The notes under the pieces: generated by a model
The model's input: the letters and a program-made list of their open reading frames with translations, nothing else
Database searches by the model: none
Told to the model about the DNA's origin: nothing
Assembly (NCBI GenBank): GCA_965153355.1
Contig: OZ231126.1
Location: 372,001-436,000 of the forward strand
DNA length: 64,000 nt
Direction of reading: 5' to 3'
Origin: Flaccisagitta enflata
Lineage: Eukaryota
Position numbers and translations under genes: made by a program
Shown: positions 13,433 to 46,283 of the stretch, in pieces
Position numbering within the stretch: position 1 is the first letter of the stretch
How the letters are laid out: each line of letters opens with the position of its first letter

Positions 13433-13897
13433 ACAACAACAACAACAACAACAACACCAACAACAACAACAACAACAACACCATGGCTATAGGAAAGAAT
13501 GTGAGAAAAAAAAGATAACCCAGATTTCAGTCGATTCATCGTCGTCGACGTCATCGTCATTATTATGGTCGTCATTGACATGCTCTCGACCAGGTAAGAT
13601 ATTTTCCGAAGGTTTGAAAGGGAATCATGTTGTGCTGACTGCTGGGTCACAAAAAAAAATCCCGATATATAGATTGGTAGAATTATAGATAGATAGACAG
13701 ATTTATAGATAAATTGAAAGGTAGATTGATAGAATATACGGAAGGATTTCAGATTTGATCCAAGTCCGACCAGATTAGCTCTCAAGGGTCTCGTTTAGGT
13801 TCGATTACCTGGGAGGGGGCGCGTGTGCTTGCGTTGTATGCTTTGCGTGATTTTTCTGTGTGTGTCACATTTCCCGATTACTACCGTTTGTTTCAGT

Positions 13898-14069
13898 AAC
13901 AAGGCCGGATACACGGCCAATACCAGTCGCGGACGGGTGGGCCGAGGCGGAAATGCGCGTTTTCCCACTTTCCGACTCGGTCATTACAGACCAACGGACA
14001 GCGGACCGGCCAGCCAGACCAGACGGACGGACAAAGCCTCTTATAGAGTCGCTAGTCCGCGACTAAAAA
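13898..14069 (-). mobile_element. HINE family A variant, full length
   Basis: AACAAGGCCGGATACACGGCC hairpin end, sub-TIR AGTCGCGGAC, GACG repeats, AGTCGCTAGTCCGCGACTAAAAA end. Confidence 0.8.
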
Positions 14070-14168
14070 CGATTCAAGTCAAAACTGCTTTGATCTTTTG
14101 CTGCTCCAAACTTCTATCCCCTTTCTTTTCATTCTATTCATCTCTGTTTATGAATTTGTTTTCACTTT

Positions 14169-14343
14169 CTTTTTAGTTACGGACACGCAACTCTATAAGA
14201 GGCTTTGTCCGTCCATCCAGCCGTTGGTGGGTTGGTTGGTCGGTTGGTTGGTCGGTCCGTCGCGCTTCCAGGTTGAAAAGTGGGAAAGCGCGCTTTTCGC
14301 CCTGCTTACCGATCGCAACTGTGGCCGTGTATCGGCCTTATTT
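14169..14343 (+). mobile_element. HINE family A variant
   Basis: TTTTAGTTACGGACACGCAACT start, GGTY repeats, GGCCGTGTATCGGCCTTATT end. Confidence 0.75.
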
Positions 14344-14551
14344 TCTTTTCTTTCTGTGCCTCGTTATTCTTCTCCTCCTCGCCGATTGTCTGTCTGTCTG
14401 TCTGTCTGTCCATCTGTCTGTTTACTTGCTTCTTCGTCGCCCTGTCTCCTAGCGTGCCTGTATGTATGTTTTGGCTATCTGTCTTTATTTTTGACAATCT
14501 GCCGGTTTTTCAGTCTGTGTTTCTGTCCGTTATTCTATAACTGTCTACCAA

Positions 14552-14612
<61 letters not shown>

Positions 14613-15638
14613 GTTTATAACACTTGTCCCATTCTTAAACTATTTCTTTATCATCATCGCGATCTCCTTCTTCTTCTTCTTTTTCTTCTTCTTCTTCTTC
14701 TTCTTCTTTTTCTTCTTCTTTTTCTTCTTCTTCTTCTTCTTCTTCTTCTTCTTCTTCTTCTTCTTCTTTTTTTTCTTCTCCTTCTCTTTTTTCTTGTTCC
14801 TCTTCTTCATAGTGCTCTATATCCCTTCCCCTCTCTAACCCTATGTAGCAGCTCGTAGTTAATGCAAAAGCTAGACTTTTTTGCAATTTTCCGGATTGAG
14901 CATATCATCTTCCAAGCGATTTTGACGCAACTTCCACCTCGCTGCACGTCATCAGCGGTATATGAACCTCATCAGTAGATGCTAGGGAGTAGGTTTCTGT
15001 CGGTTTTGGACTGTGCGTAGCCGTGCAATTTTTTTACGAGTTCAGTTTATTTTAGTATACAAATTAGCCTCAGCATGTTTCATGAAAGATTGTTTTTCGG
15101 GTATGATTTTTGAGCTCCCTCTAGGTTTTTTTATTTTTCTTACCAATTTAGACATAAAACCTCTAAAAAAAGCTTTGTTTACAAACTTTATTGAATTTTC
15201 TTGAAAAAAAATTGATATCAAAGATTGAATTCAATTTTTTGATTTTTTTTGGATTTTTCTGACTAGGTCACTTTCGACCAAGCCTACGAGTAAAATAATG
15301 AATTTCTTTACCCAAATACGGTTGAAACATGTATAAGAGATGCATATATATCAGTAAACAGTGATAGAGTGATTTTGGTGATGGTCGCGATTTAGCCTTC
15401 CTGCGTCCATATTATCAGATTAGCAGCAATGTGGAGCGGGGGCATTCAACCTCCAGTCTCATCCCCCCCCCCTTCTATACACTCGCGGACACACAGAACC
15501 AACTTCATCACGCGTTTTTTGCGTTTCCGACTCGAGCGTTTCTGACTCGAGCGTGACGTAACAACGGACCAACCCCCAACAGACGGAACAACAAACGGAC
15601 GGGCCAAGTCTCTTATAAGATTGAGTGTCCGCAACTAA

Positions 15639-16760
15639 AACAAGGCCGGGTACACGGTTACCACAGTCGTGTGCGGCTGTGCAGGGGCGGCGAAAAAAGC
15701 TAAGTGGGACCGACAGATCGAACGACCGACAGACAGACAGACAGACAGACGGGCAGAGCGGGTTGTAGAGTCGCGTGCACACGACTGAAAAAGGTAATGT
15801 TAATCGTAATTATCACCTGACATGAAAGCCTCACATCTAGACCAAACATTTGGGTGCTTCACATTGCAAAAGTTGGGAGTATCCCTACTTTATTTAGGGC
15901 GGCACAAAAAGCTAAGTGGGACTGACAGACCAAACAACCGACAGACGGGCAGAGCGGGTTGTAGAGTCTCGTGCACGTGACTAAAAATGTTAATCGTAAT
16001 TATCACTTGTCATGAAAGCCTCACATCTAGACCAAACATTTAGGTGCTTCACATCGCAAAAGTTGGGAGTATCCCTACTTTACTTAGGGCGGCACAAAAA
16101 GCTAGGTGGGACTGACAGACCAAACAACCAACAGACAGGCAAAGTGGGTTGTAGAGTCTCGTGCACGCAACTAAAAATATTAATCGTAATTATCACTTGT
16201 CATGAAAGCCTCACATCTAGACCAAACATTTGGGTGCTTCACATTGCAAATGTTGGGAGTATCCCTACTTTACTTAGGGTGGTAAAAAAAAGGGTCACGT
16301 TAGGGATTTCAATCCGTGTCGTTTGTTTTTAAGAGTTTTTACGCGGGTAGTGTTTTAGGGTTAGGGGTAGGGTTAGGGGTAGGGTTAGGGTTAGGGATGG
16401 GGTAGGTTTTAGGGTGAGGGATAGGGTTGGGTTATAGATAGATTTAGGGCAAGGTGTGGACTTGGTTTTGTATGTTTTAACTCGAGTGACTCGAGTGCGC
16501 TTGAATTAAAGATTTGCCCTTGCTGGAAAAAACAAGTGCACCGGATTGAACTCCCTAAGATTACCAAAAAAAGCTTAGTGGGACAAACAGACTGAAGGAC
16601 CTACAGACAGACAGACGGGCAAAGCGAGTTGTAGTCGCGTGCATGCGACTAAAAATGTTTATCATGATTATCACTTGTCATGAAAGCCTCACATCTACAC
16701 TAAACATTTGGGTGCTTCACATTGCAAAAGTTGGGTGTATCCCTCCTTTGCTTAGGTAAT
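15639..16760 (-). repeat. HINE family A copy followed by a 190-bp tandem array of the HINE terminus plus flanking DNA
   Basis: CATGAAAGCCTCACATCTA at 15821, 16011, 16201 and 16679; each unit includes GGGTTGTAGAGTC.CGTGCACG.GACT or a close variant. Confidence 0.85.
16293..16565. mobile_element. Second GG-terminal MITE with 8-bp TSD and TTAGGG-like core
   Basis: TIRs GGTCACGTTAGGGATTTCAATCCG / GGTAATCTTAGGGAGTTCAATCCG; TSD AAAAAAAG; it interrupts a 190-bp unit. Confidence 0.75.
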
Positions 16761-18512
16761 GTGGAAGAGAAAACATCATGAAGATAATTATTTTTTTTCA
16801 AAATTCCTTTATCTTCCGTTCTTGTTTTAGCCTTACTATGCGAATTAAAAAAACGCACCTTTGTGTTTGCTGATAAAACTGAGCACAAAAGTGCAAAAAA
16901 ATTTTACAGAAAGAGTGATTTTGAAGATTTTAGTGCTAAATTAAGGCCAAATCCCAGAGGTCTGTATCTTTAACGGTTTAGAATTTGACTCTTTAAAGTG
17001 AGGCAATAATTTGCTGAATTGCATCTTTTTCAAAAGGACTGCAAAAACAAATTTGGCAACGTTTTCACTCGAGCTAATGCCGTTTCCAAGCGGAAAAAGA
17101 TAGAGATAGCAGATTGGCGCCAAATGAAAGAGTTTTTCAAGAGCTTCAAAATGGTCTAAGATTTTAGTTAATTTTTGTGATTTTCAATGGCGCTATCAAT
17201 CATTCAAAAGTGCGTCTTTTTTTAAAATTCATATAGTAAAGTTTCCACAGATTCCCAGAATTTTAGCAAAATCCTGTACAGTTCCGATAAAAAACGAACA
17301 ATTATTTGTTTTAAAAAAATCATGATCTTTGTAGAAATAAGCTAAAATATGAAGAGCATAAACTACAAAACAGCTTGTAAAAAGGCAGATTAAAAATTCT
17401 AAAAAGAGCAGAAATTTATAAAAGTTAATCAAAACAATATCAGTACTTCGAAAAACAGAAAACATTTTATGAGCATACCTGCTCATCTATAGGGTTTTTT
17501 TGACAGTCTAAACTCATTTAGCTCATTCAGATCCATATTTTTATATTTCCGTACGATAAATGAATAAATATTTTGATACATGTTAGGCAAGCAGATACAA
17601 AAAAAACATGTCAGTGTTATAGCTGCTCATTTTGCGAAGGTGTTTTTGGTCGGCGTGCACGCGGCTCTGCAACCATTTGATAAAAAAGTCCCATCTGCTG
17701 ATTAATTTAATTGATCGGTCACCCTACTTTTTATGATTTTATTTCTTTGACCTCACTATTGCACAAATGAATTAATGACCTCAAATATATTTCCCCTACC
17801 CACCCTTACACAACTCTGGTAGCCGTGTATCCCGACTTTTTATGTATTCTAGCTCTTTCAGCTCATTTAGCTCAGTCCTTTTTTTCTAATTTTTAATGGG
17901 ATAAATACATAAATGTTTTGATATGAGCAAGCAAAAACAAGAAAGCATGTCAGTGAGCATAGCTGATTGTCTGCTTGAGTGATTTTGAGAATTTTAGCTC
18001 ATCTATCTCATTTGGCTCAGTCCTATTTTTCTCTGATTATCAGTGCAACCAATACATACAAGTGCTCTTGATTTGATCTTACAGATAGAAAGATTTGCAG
18101 TGATTAAAAACAAAAGTTTGGTGAAAAATGACCAATGCTTACAACTTTTTTCCTCACGGTGACAGCCGCCATTACTGGTATTGGCGGTGACAAGATCAAA
18201 TTTATTGGCCCGGTGATATCCGTTTTGCAGGTCAACTTCACCATTTGGAAAAAATCCGAAGAGATGAAGTCCTGCAGAGAAAAACGGATTTCCCTTTGTT
18301 TTATGAAGCGTTTGAGAAAGTTGATGCATTTTGGGGGCAGAACGGGACTACGCATGAAATTAATAGCTAAGAAAGAGCTAATTCTCCTCTTTCAGATGAC
18401 GCCAAGCAGAATTCTGTGCGATCGATAGTTTTGGAGCTATGATTTTTTAAATCTTTTTTTATTTTTTCGCATTTTTCTCATTTTTCCCCAAAACGCGGAA
18501 TTGAGTTAATTG

Positions 18513-18551
<39 letters not shown>

Positions 18552-18603
18552 TCTGTCTGTCTCTATCTGTCTATCTGTCTCTCTCTTTGTCTGTGTGTCT
18601 GTG

Positions 18604-18726
<123 letters not shown>

Positions 18727-19379
18727 TTCTCTCTCACTCTCTTTTTCTCTCTCATTTTTTTCAGCAGCATTTACGACTTTTTTTCCTACGGCGATTAGTC
18801 GCCCTTATTGTATATTTTCATTGGCAGTATCGGCAAAATGCATTCGTGGGTTGGTCCGTTTTGAATACACATTTTTTTATCAATACATCATTCTCGATAA
18901 TACACTGTTACATTATATCATCATTTTTTCTTAGATGCAGTAAGCGCAGCTAGATTGCACCCGCTGATATAGCATTCCCGCCTATAAGGCATACAATCTA
19001 CAGTCCCGTGGGAAATTTTGCAGTTATGTCTATAATGGCAATAAGGCAGTTTCACTAAAAGGCATAATTTTGATCAGTCCCGTGAAATGCGCTCTAGTGA
19101 AGCTCAACTGTACACCATTTTTGTCATTTCATCCTCAAATTAATTGATTACCTTTCAAGTGGAATTACGTTACTGAGGATTCCCTTAAAAGCGGGAATCT
19201 ACTGAACTGGTTTTACAACAAAATTTTCCAAGAACAGAGCTGGTCTCTTATAATCTGTCTAACCGGTTCTGACTAGAATTTTTGAGTGTTACATTTCAAA
19301 TTCTTAATCCAGCCTTAACAACTAACACAAAGTGTTGGCAGCGGACAGACGGAGAGACCAACAAACTGACATTCTAGAT

Positions 19380-19650
19380 AGTTATAGGTAGCCTGAAGGA
19401 GTGAAACTTTTTCGTCTGTTTTGCATAGTAGGGATAGAGTATGACACAGCATGTAAACATTTGTCATCGGAGAAGATCTGATACTGTTTTAACTTATGTG
19501 TTTTGATATGAGATAACGAGGTATGATGTTGGTGAGGTTGAAAATGACAATTCTTAGACGCTTCTAGCCCTAATAGGATTTTCTGCCAAAATAGGCCGAC
19601 CTGTAAAGATTCTTGTAGCCGATCTCTAATGCAGGTTTGTATGAACAAGA
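19380..19650 (-). mobile_element. Possible degenerate LINE 3' remnant
   Basis: Translation QIFSDDKCLH...RRKSFTP resembles non-LTR ORF2 C-termini; weak. Confidence 0.3.
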
Positions 19651-19946
19651 TGGTCCCTAATATAGGTTTGCGTAAATTTGACGTGAAAAAAAAACTTCAG
19701 TGTAATTGCAATCAACTTTTTATATTATGAACTAGCTCTTTTGATCGCAGAGGATTACAAGTTTTGCTCCCTCATCGCTACCTCATTAACCTACAATTTT
19801 TGAAAACGAATTAAGAACCAAAATCGCTGTGATAATTGTTAACCATCTGTAATGCGTTGTAATCATCAGAATTTAATAACAGTACAGGGTGAATTTGAGG
19901 ATAAGACTCTTGCAATTGAAATGTCATAAGACTGCAGTTTCGTGAT

Positions 19947-42152
<22,206 letters not shown>

Positions 42153-42399
42153 TTCCAAAGAATTGTATTTGTAGTGTCTTCTGATCTTTTGTTTCAAAAA
42201 TTGCGTAGAAACTTTCGGTGATATGTATAGCTTTAAAGTAGGACCAAGTTATTGCTGTTGTTGCTTTGTGGAACCCTGCAGTACTACTAATCGAGAAAAA
42301 AAAAATACATGTAATGCTGAGATATGACGTGGCCCAAAATGGTGCCGCTGTACGGACAGTATCCGTCCAATAAATATCCGTCGAAAACAATCATTCAAT

Positions 42400-42620
42400 G
42401 CCACATTCATAGATTGCATTTGCTTAGCAGAATATTGTAAAACATTGTATGCATACTATGCGTAAGAAACATTTGGAAGGCCCATACTGTACAAAAGTTT
42501 CAACATAACCTGTTCTGAAGGCTTATTGTGTATGTTCAAAACCGTATTGGCCGACGACCAAAATTTGATCAACGGCTTGGGATAAGACATGGTGAGGCTT
42601 GTACTGATGTTGTTGTAAAA
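42400..42620 (-). mobile_element. Degenerate LINE ORF2 3' remnant upstream of the DNase I start codon
   Basis: KFWSSANTVLNIHNKPSEQVMLKLLYSMGLPNVSYA resembles the post-RT region of CR1/L2-group elements. Confidence 0.45.
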
Positions 42621-44208
42621 TCTAAACGATTCGGGCAAATGAGCTCTACTTGGTGGCAAATGAAAGCTCTTTTGAAGCTCTTTATAACGGCCACCGAGTT
42701 TCTTATGTTTCTATAATTTCTATGAACACTCTTTTTTCATAAGAGACCAGGTTATAAGAGACATGAGCCTGAGATTTGCCGAAATTTGAAGAACAAAATA
42801 AGAGAATGCCCAGGCTGAGATTCAGCTTTGGCTATTTTCGAAAACAATTTTATTCAAGTTTCTTATCTAAAAAATAAATTCAATTCAAATTTTTTCAGAA
42901 ATTTAGGTTGATTATCTTTGAAAATAACTTCTTTTCTTAGTTTGCCTATGAAATCAGGCATTATATTCAAAAAATATAACAATTATCAAGTTTAAGATAC
43001 AACTGCTAGGTATTTTTATACAATTTAGACATTTATGAACATCGAACAAATTAAGAACACTTTAAGAGAATTTCAGGCTGAAAACAGACAAAAATTTAAG
43101 AACACACAGGCTGAGTTCAAAAAAGCTGTCTCTTTTAAAAACAAGTGTATAGAAAATATCCAAATAAAGCTGCTGAAATTTCAACATATACACAGCTACC
43201 TAGTTGCGTGCGGGTTGGCAGGAGCAGTGATGAAATAGACCAACCAAGCAGTAGGGCAGGAGCAGTAAACCCAAAACTGCCAGTAAACGCCAAGAAAGCA
43301 AAGTGTTATGGACCGACCGACCTACCGACGGACAGAGCGGGTTGTAGAGTCGCGTGCACGCGACTAAAAACAGAGATCAAAATGAATCATTTTACTCTTT
43401 CTGCTGTAAAATCTAAATGAAAATGAAAATGAAAATGAATCATTTTTTGAAATGAAAATGAAAATGAATCATTTTACTCATCTTAATCATTTTACTCTGA
43501 AAATGAAAATGAATCATTTTACACTTTCTGCTGTAAAATCTAAACGAATTGAACAATAGAGGTCTGCTTGGTAGCATCAAATCGCACTTTTGCAGAGCTT
43601 TCTATTGGTCACCAATTTCTCTATGTTTTATTGAATAATCTGGCCACAATGTAAGAAAATATGCAGGACTCTTAATTTGACCAAAATAGTGTTTTTTTTG
43701 TATGTTTGAGTGTGTGTGGGGGTTGGGGGGTGGATGAGGGTTTATTAGAAGTTCACGCTTGACGTAAAGCACAAAGTCTATGTAGCACAATATCACAAAA
43801 GTAATAATTATGAGAGTACATCAACTACATGAAGCACAGTGAGTAAAAAAAAAAGAAACATTTACCAACCATATTGATTCCCTCTCTCTAATAGTAAAAG
43901 CATGAGCAGTTAATCTCACAGTCACTCTGTATGCTGGACAATTGTGGCCATTTTCAGGTATACAATGTTCCTAGTAAAAGAAATTGTTTGATTTGAAAAG
44001 TTTCATGATAAATCAGCAATTATTTTTCTACAACAGAACATTTTCAGACCATCACAGCCTGCTTACATAACCAAGTCGTAACATTGTATACCATGTTTCA
44101 TTTCAAAAAAAGATATTTCTTCACCAACAGCCTGTATTCCTTCTTTACCAGTTCCTCTGTCTTATTTATTCTCATCTGCATTATGATCTCCCTCTATCCA
44201 ATCAAAAT

Positions 44209-44420
44209 CTAATTCCTCTCTATTATGGATGTGGCTACATATTTGATTCTGAAAAGAAGAGACACAAAACTCAAGGCTCATTTTTTACAGTAAGTTGGTC
44301 AACCTAACAGTTGAGAACAAGAGGGACGGAACAAAACGTGGCATATAGAGTCACGCAGATCAAGAGGGTCAGATTGGTTTGGTTAGGCCAGGTTAGGTTT
44401 AGGTTAGGTCAATTGTGCTA
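44209..44420 (-). pseudogene. Chimeric duplicate: Xkr intron 2 end, acceptor and first 22 nt of exon 3 fused to the end of exon 4
   Basis: 44227-44420 matches 49779-49972 and 44110-44226 matches 45107-45223; frame reads IKYVATSIIERN-stop. Confidence 0.8.
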
Positions 44421-44753
44421 AAGCACAAAGTCTGTGTAGCACAGAATCACAAAAGTAATAATTATGAGAGCACTACATTAAGCACAGTGAGTAAAAAAAA
44501 AGAAACATTTACTAACCATATTGATTTCCTCTCTCTAATAGTAAAAGCATGAGCAGTTAATCTCACAGTCACTCTGTATGCTGGACAATTGTGGCCGTTT
44601 TCAGGTATACAATGTTCCTAGTAAAAGAAATTGTTTGATTTGAAAAGTTTCATGATAAATCAGCAATTATTTTTCTACAACAGAACATTTTCAGACCATC
44701 ACAGCCTGCTTACATAACCAAGTTGTAACATTGTATACCATGTTTCATTTCAA

Positions 44754-45108
44754 AACAAGGCCAACACCTATAAGTCGCGTGCGAGACTTACAGACAAAGA
44801 GTGACTTAGAATGACTTAGAATGACTTTCAATGACTTAGAATGACCTAAAATGACCAAAAATAACTTAGAATAACTTAAAATGACTTAAAATGACTTAGA
44901 CTGACTCAAAATGACTTAGAATAACTATAAATGACTTAAAATGACTTAAAATGACCCAAGAGTTGACGTTATAGTACAAAAAAGTAAAGTGTGACGGACG
45001 GATGGACGGACGGACCGACGGACGGACCGACGGACGGACGGACGGACCGACAGACGGATGGATGGACCGACAAAGCAGGTTGTAGAGTCGCGTGCACGCG
45101 ACTAAAAA
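44754..45108 (-). mobile_element. HINE family A with an internal 10-bp AATGACTTAG array in the Xkr 3' UTR
   Basis: Both termini present; absent from the paralogous site at 44101-44115. Confidence 0.9.
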
Positions 45109-45158
45109 GATATTTCTTCACCAACAGCCTGTATTCCTTCTTCACCAATTCCTCTGTC

Positions 45159-46283
45159 TTATTTATTCTCATCTGCATAATGATCTCCCTCTATCCAATC
45201 AAAATCTAATTCCTCTCTATTATGAGCTTCATCACTTCCATCAGCTTCCTCATCATCCCCTTCAAAATCTTCATCCTTTCCATCAAAATCTTCTTCATCG
45301 TCCCCCACCCCAAAATATTCATCCTCTCCTTCAAATTCTTCATTTTCTCCACAAAAATCTTCATCATCCTCTTCAATATCTTCTCTTCTATATTCTCCAT
45401 CTTCTCCATCAATTTGATCAACAATATCTTCATTTTCCGCGACAAATTCTCCACCAAAATCTTCTTCCCCCTCCCCATTTACTTCTCCTCCACCAACGTT
45501 TCTCACCTGTCCAATGTGGCAACTCCGTCGCCCATCATCGGGATCTGTTTCCAACTCATCATCTCCGCCCCCTCTAACGTGGTCAACTCTTTTGACCTCC
45601 ACCACACCATCTAGAACCTCATCGATATCCAAATGAAACCTTGGCGAACAACATGATTTGGCGACCCTTCGAACCATCTCAACCAGCCAGAAGATGAGCG
45701 GAGCGGTAATGCGGGGGACAAATTCTCCAAAGCCAAAAATCAAAACACCCAAAATAAGGTGTAGTCCCCAACAAGTGATGGTGAAGTAAAACAACTTGGC
45801 AGCTTTGATACCATCGAGCATATTGATGAGAAAAGTAAATGAAAAATGACTTATATACATAATGACCGCGATGAATGGGCAACATGCGAAACTAAGGTGA
45901 AGTAAAGTACGAGTCACGCGCCAACAAAGGCTGGGTTTAAGGGGAATAAACAAAATTGAAATGGACACCAGAAAACTCAGTAGATTGGACCCCCATAAAA
46001 ACCAATCGTAATAGTGCCACCAATCGGAAAAAGTAGTGTCAAATGTTTTGAATGGATCAAAGACGGCGTATCTGAATTGTGTCGTGACCATCGTGACGCC
46101 GCTTAAGAGGAAAAGCGCCAGAGGTGAGAGCGACGCCGCCGCTGGGTAATGGGGGCTCACAAAATTGTGGCTTCGATGTGCGGCGAAAGATTCCATGAGA
46201 GAGCGAGCCACCGTCAACGTGGAAGTGACGATAGATACGCTTTGGATGAAACCAATACCGGAATAATTGTCCCGCTCTTGCAG
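45159..46283 (-). CDS. XKR: Xkr gene exon 4 (LQERDNYSGIGFIQSVSIVTS..., TM helices, Asp/Glu-rich tail, stop)
   Basis: Acceptor ttcttattcaag|CTG phase 0, in frame with the 352-aa ORF 45159-46217; several TM segments then about 155 aa acidic tail. Confidence 0.9.
   Translation of the reverse strand: MQERDNYSGIGFIQSVSIVTSTLTVARSLMESFAAHRSHNFVSPHYPAAASLSPLALFLLSGVTMVTTQFRYAVFDPFKTFDTTFSDWWHYYDWFLWGSNLLSFLVSISILFIPLKPSLCWRVTRTLLHLSFACCPFIAVIMYISHFSFTFLINMLDGIKAAKLFYFTITCWGLHLILGVLIFGFGEFVPRITAPLIFWLVEMVRRVAKSCCSPRFHLDIDEVLDGVVEVKRVDHVRGGGDDELETDPDDGRRSCHIGQVRNVGGGEVNGEGEEDFGGEFVAENEDIVDQIDGEDGEYRREDIEEDDEDFCGENEEFEGEDEYFGVGDDEEDFDGKDEDFEGDDEEADGSDEAHNREELDFDWIEGDHYADENK

Larger units (their letters stand above)
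43766..45223. repeat. Local tandem duplication of the Xkr 3' end and 3' UTR
   Basis: 43766-44226 recurs as 44420-44755 plus 45104-45223, the second copy split by a HINE-like insertion. Confidence 0.85.

Noticed and set aside
45092-45614. Plus-strand His/Leu-rich and Ile/Phe-rich ORFs
   Set aside because: Antisense shadows of the acidic tail of Xkr exon 4.
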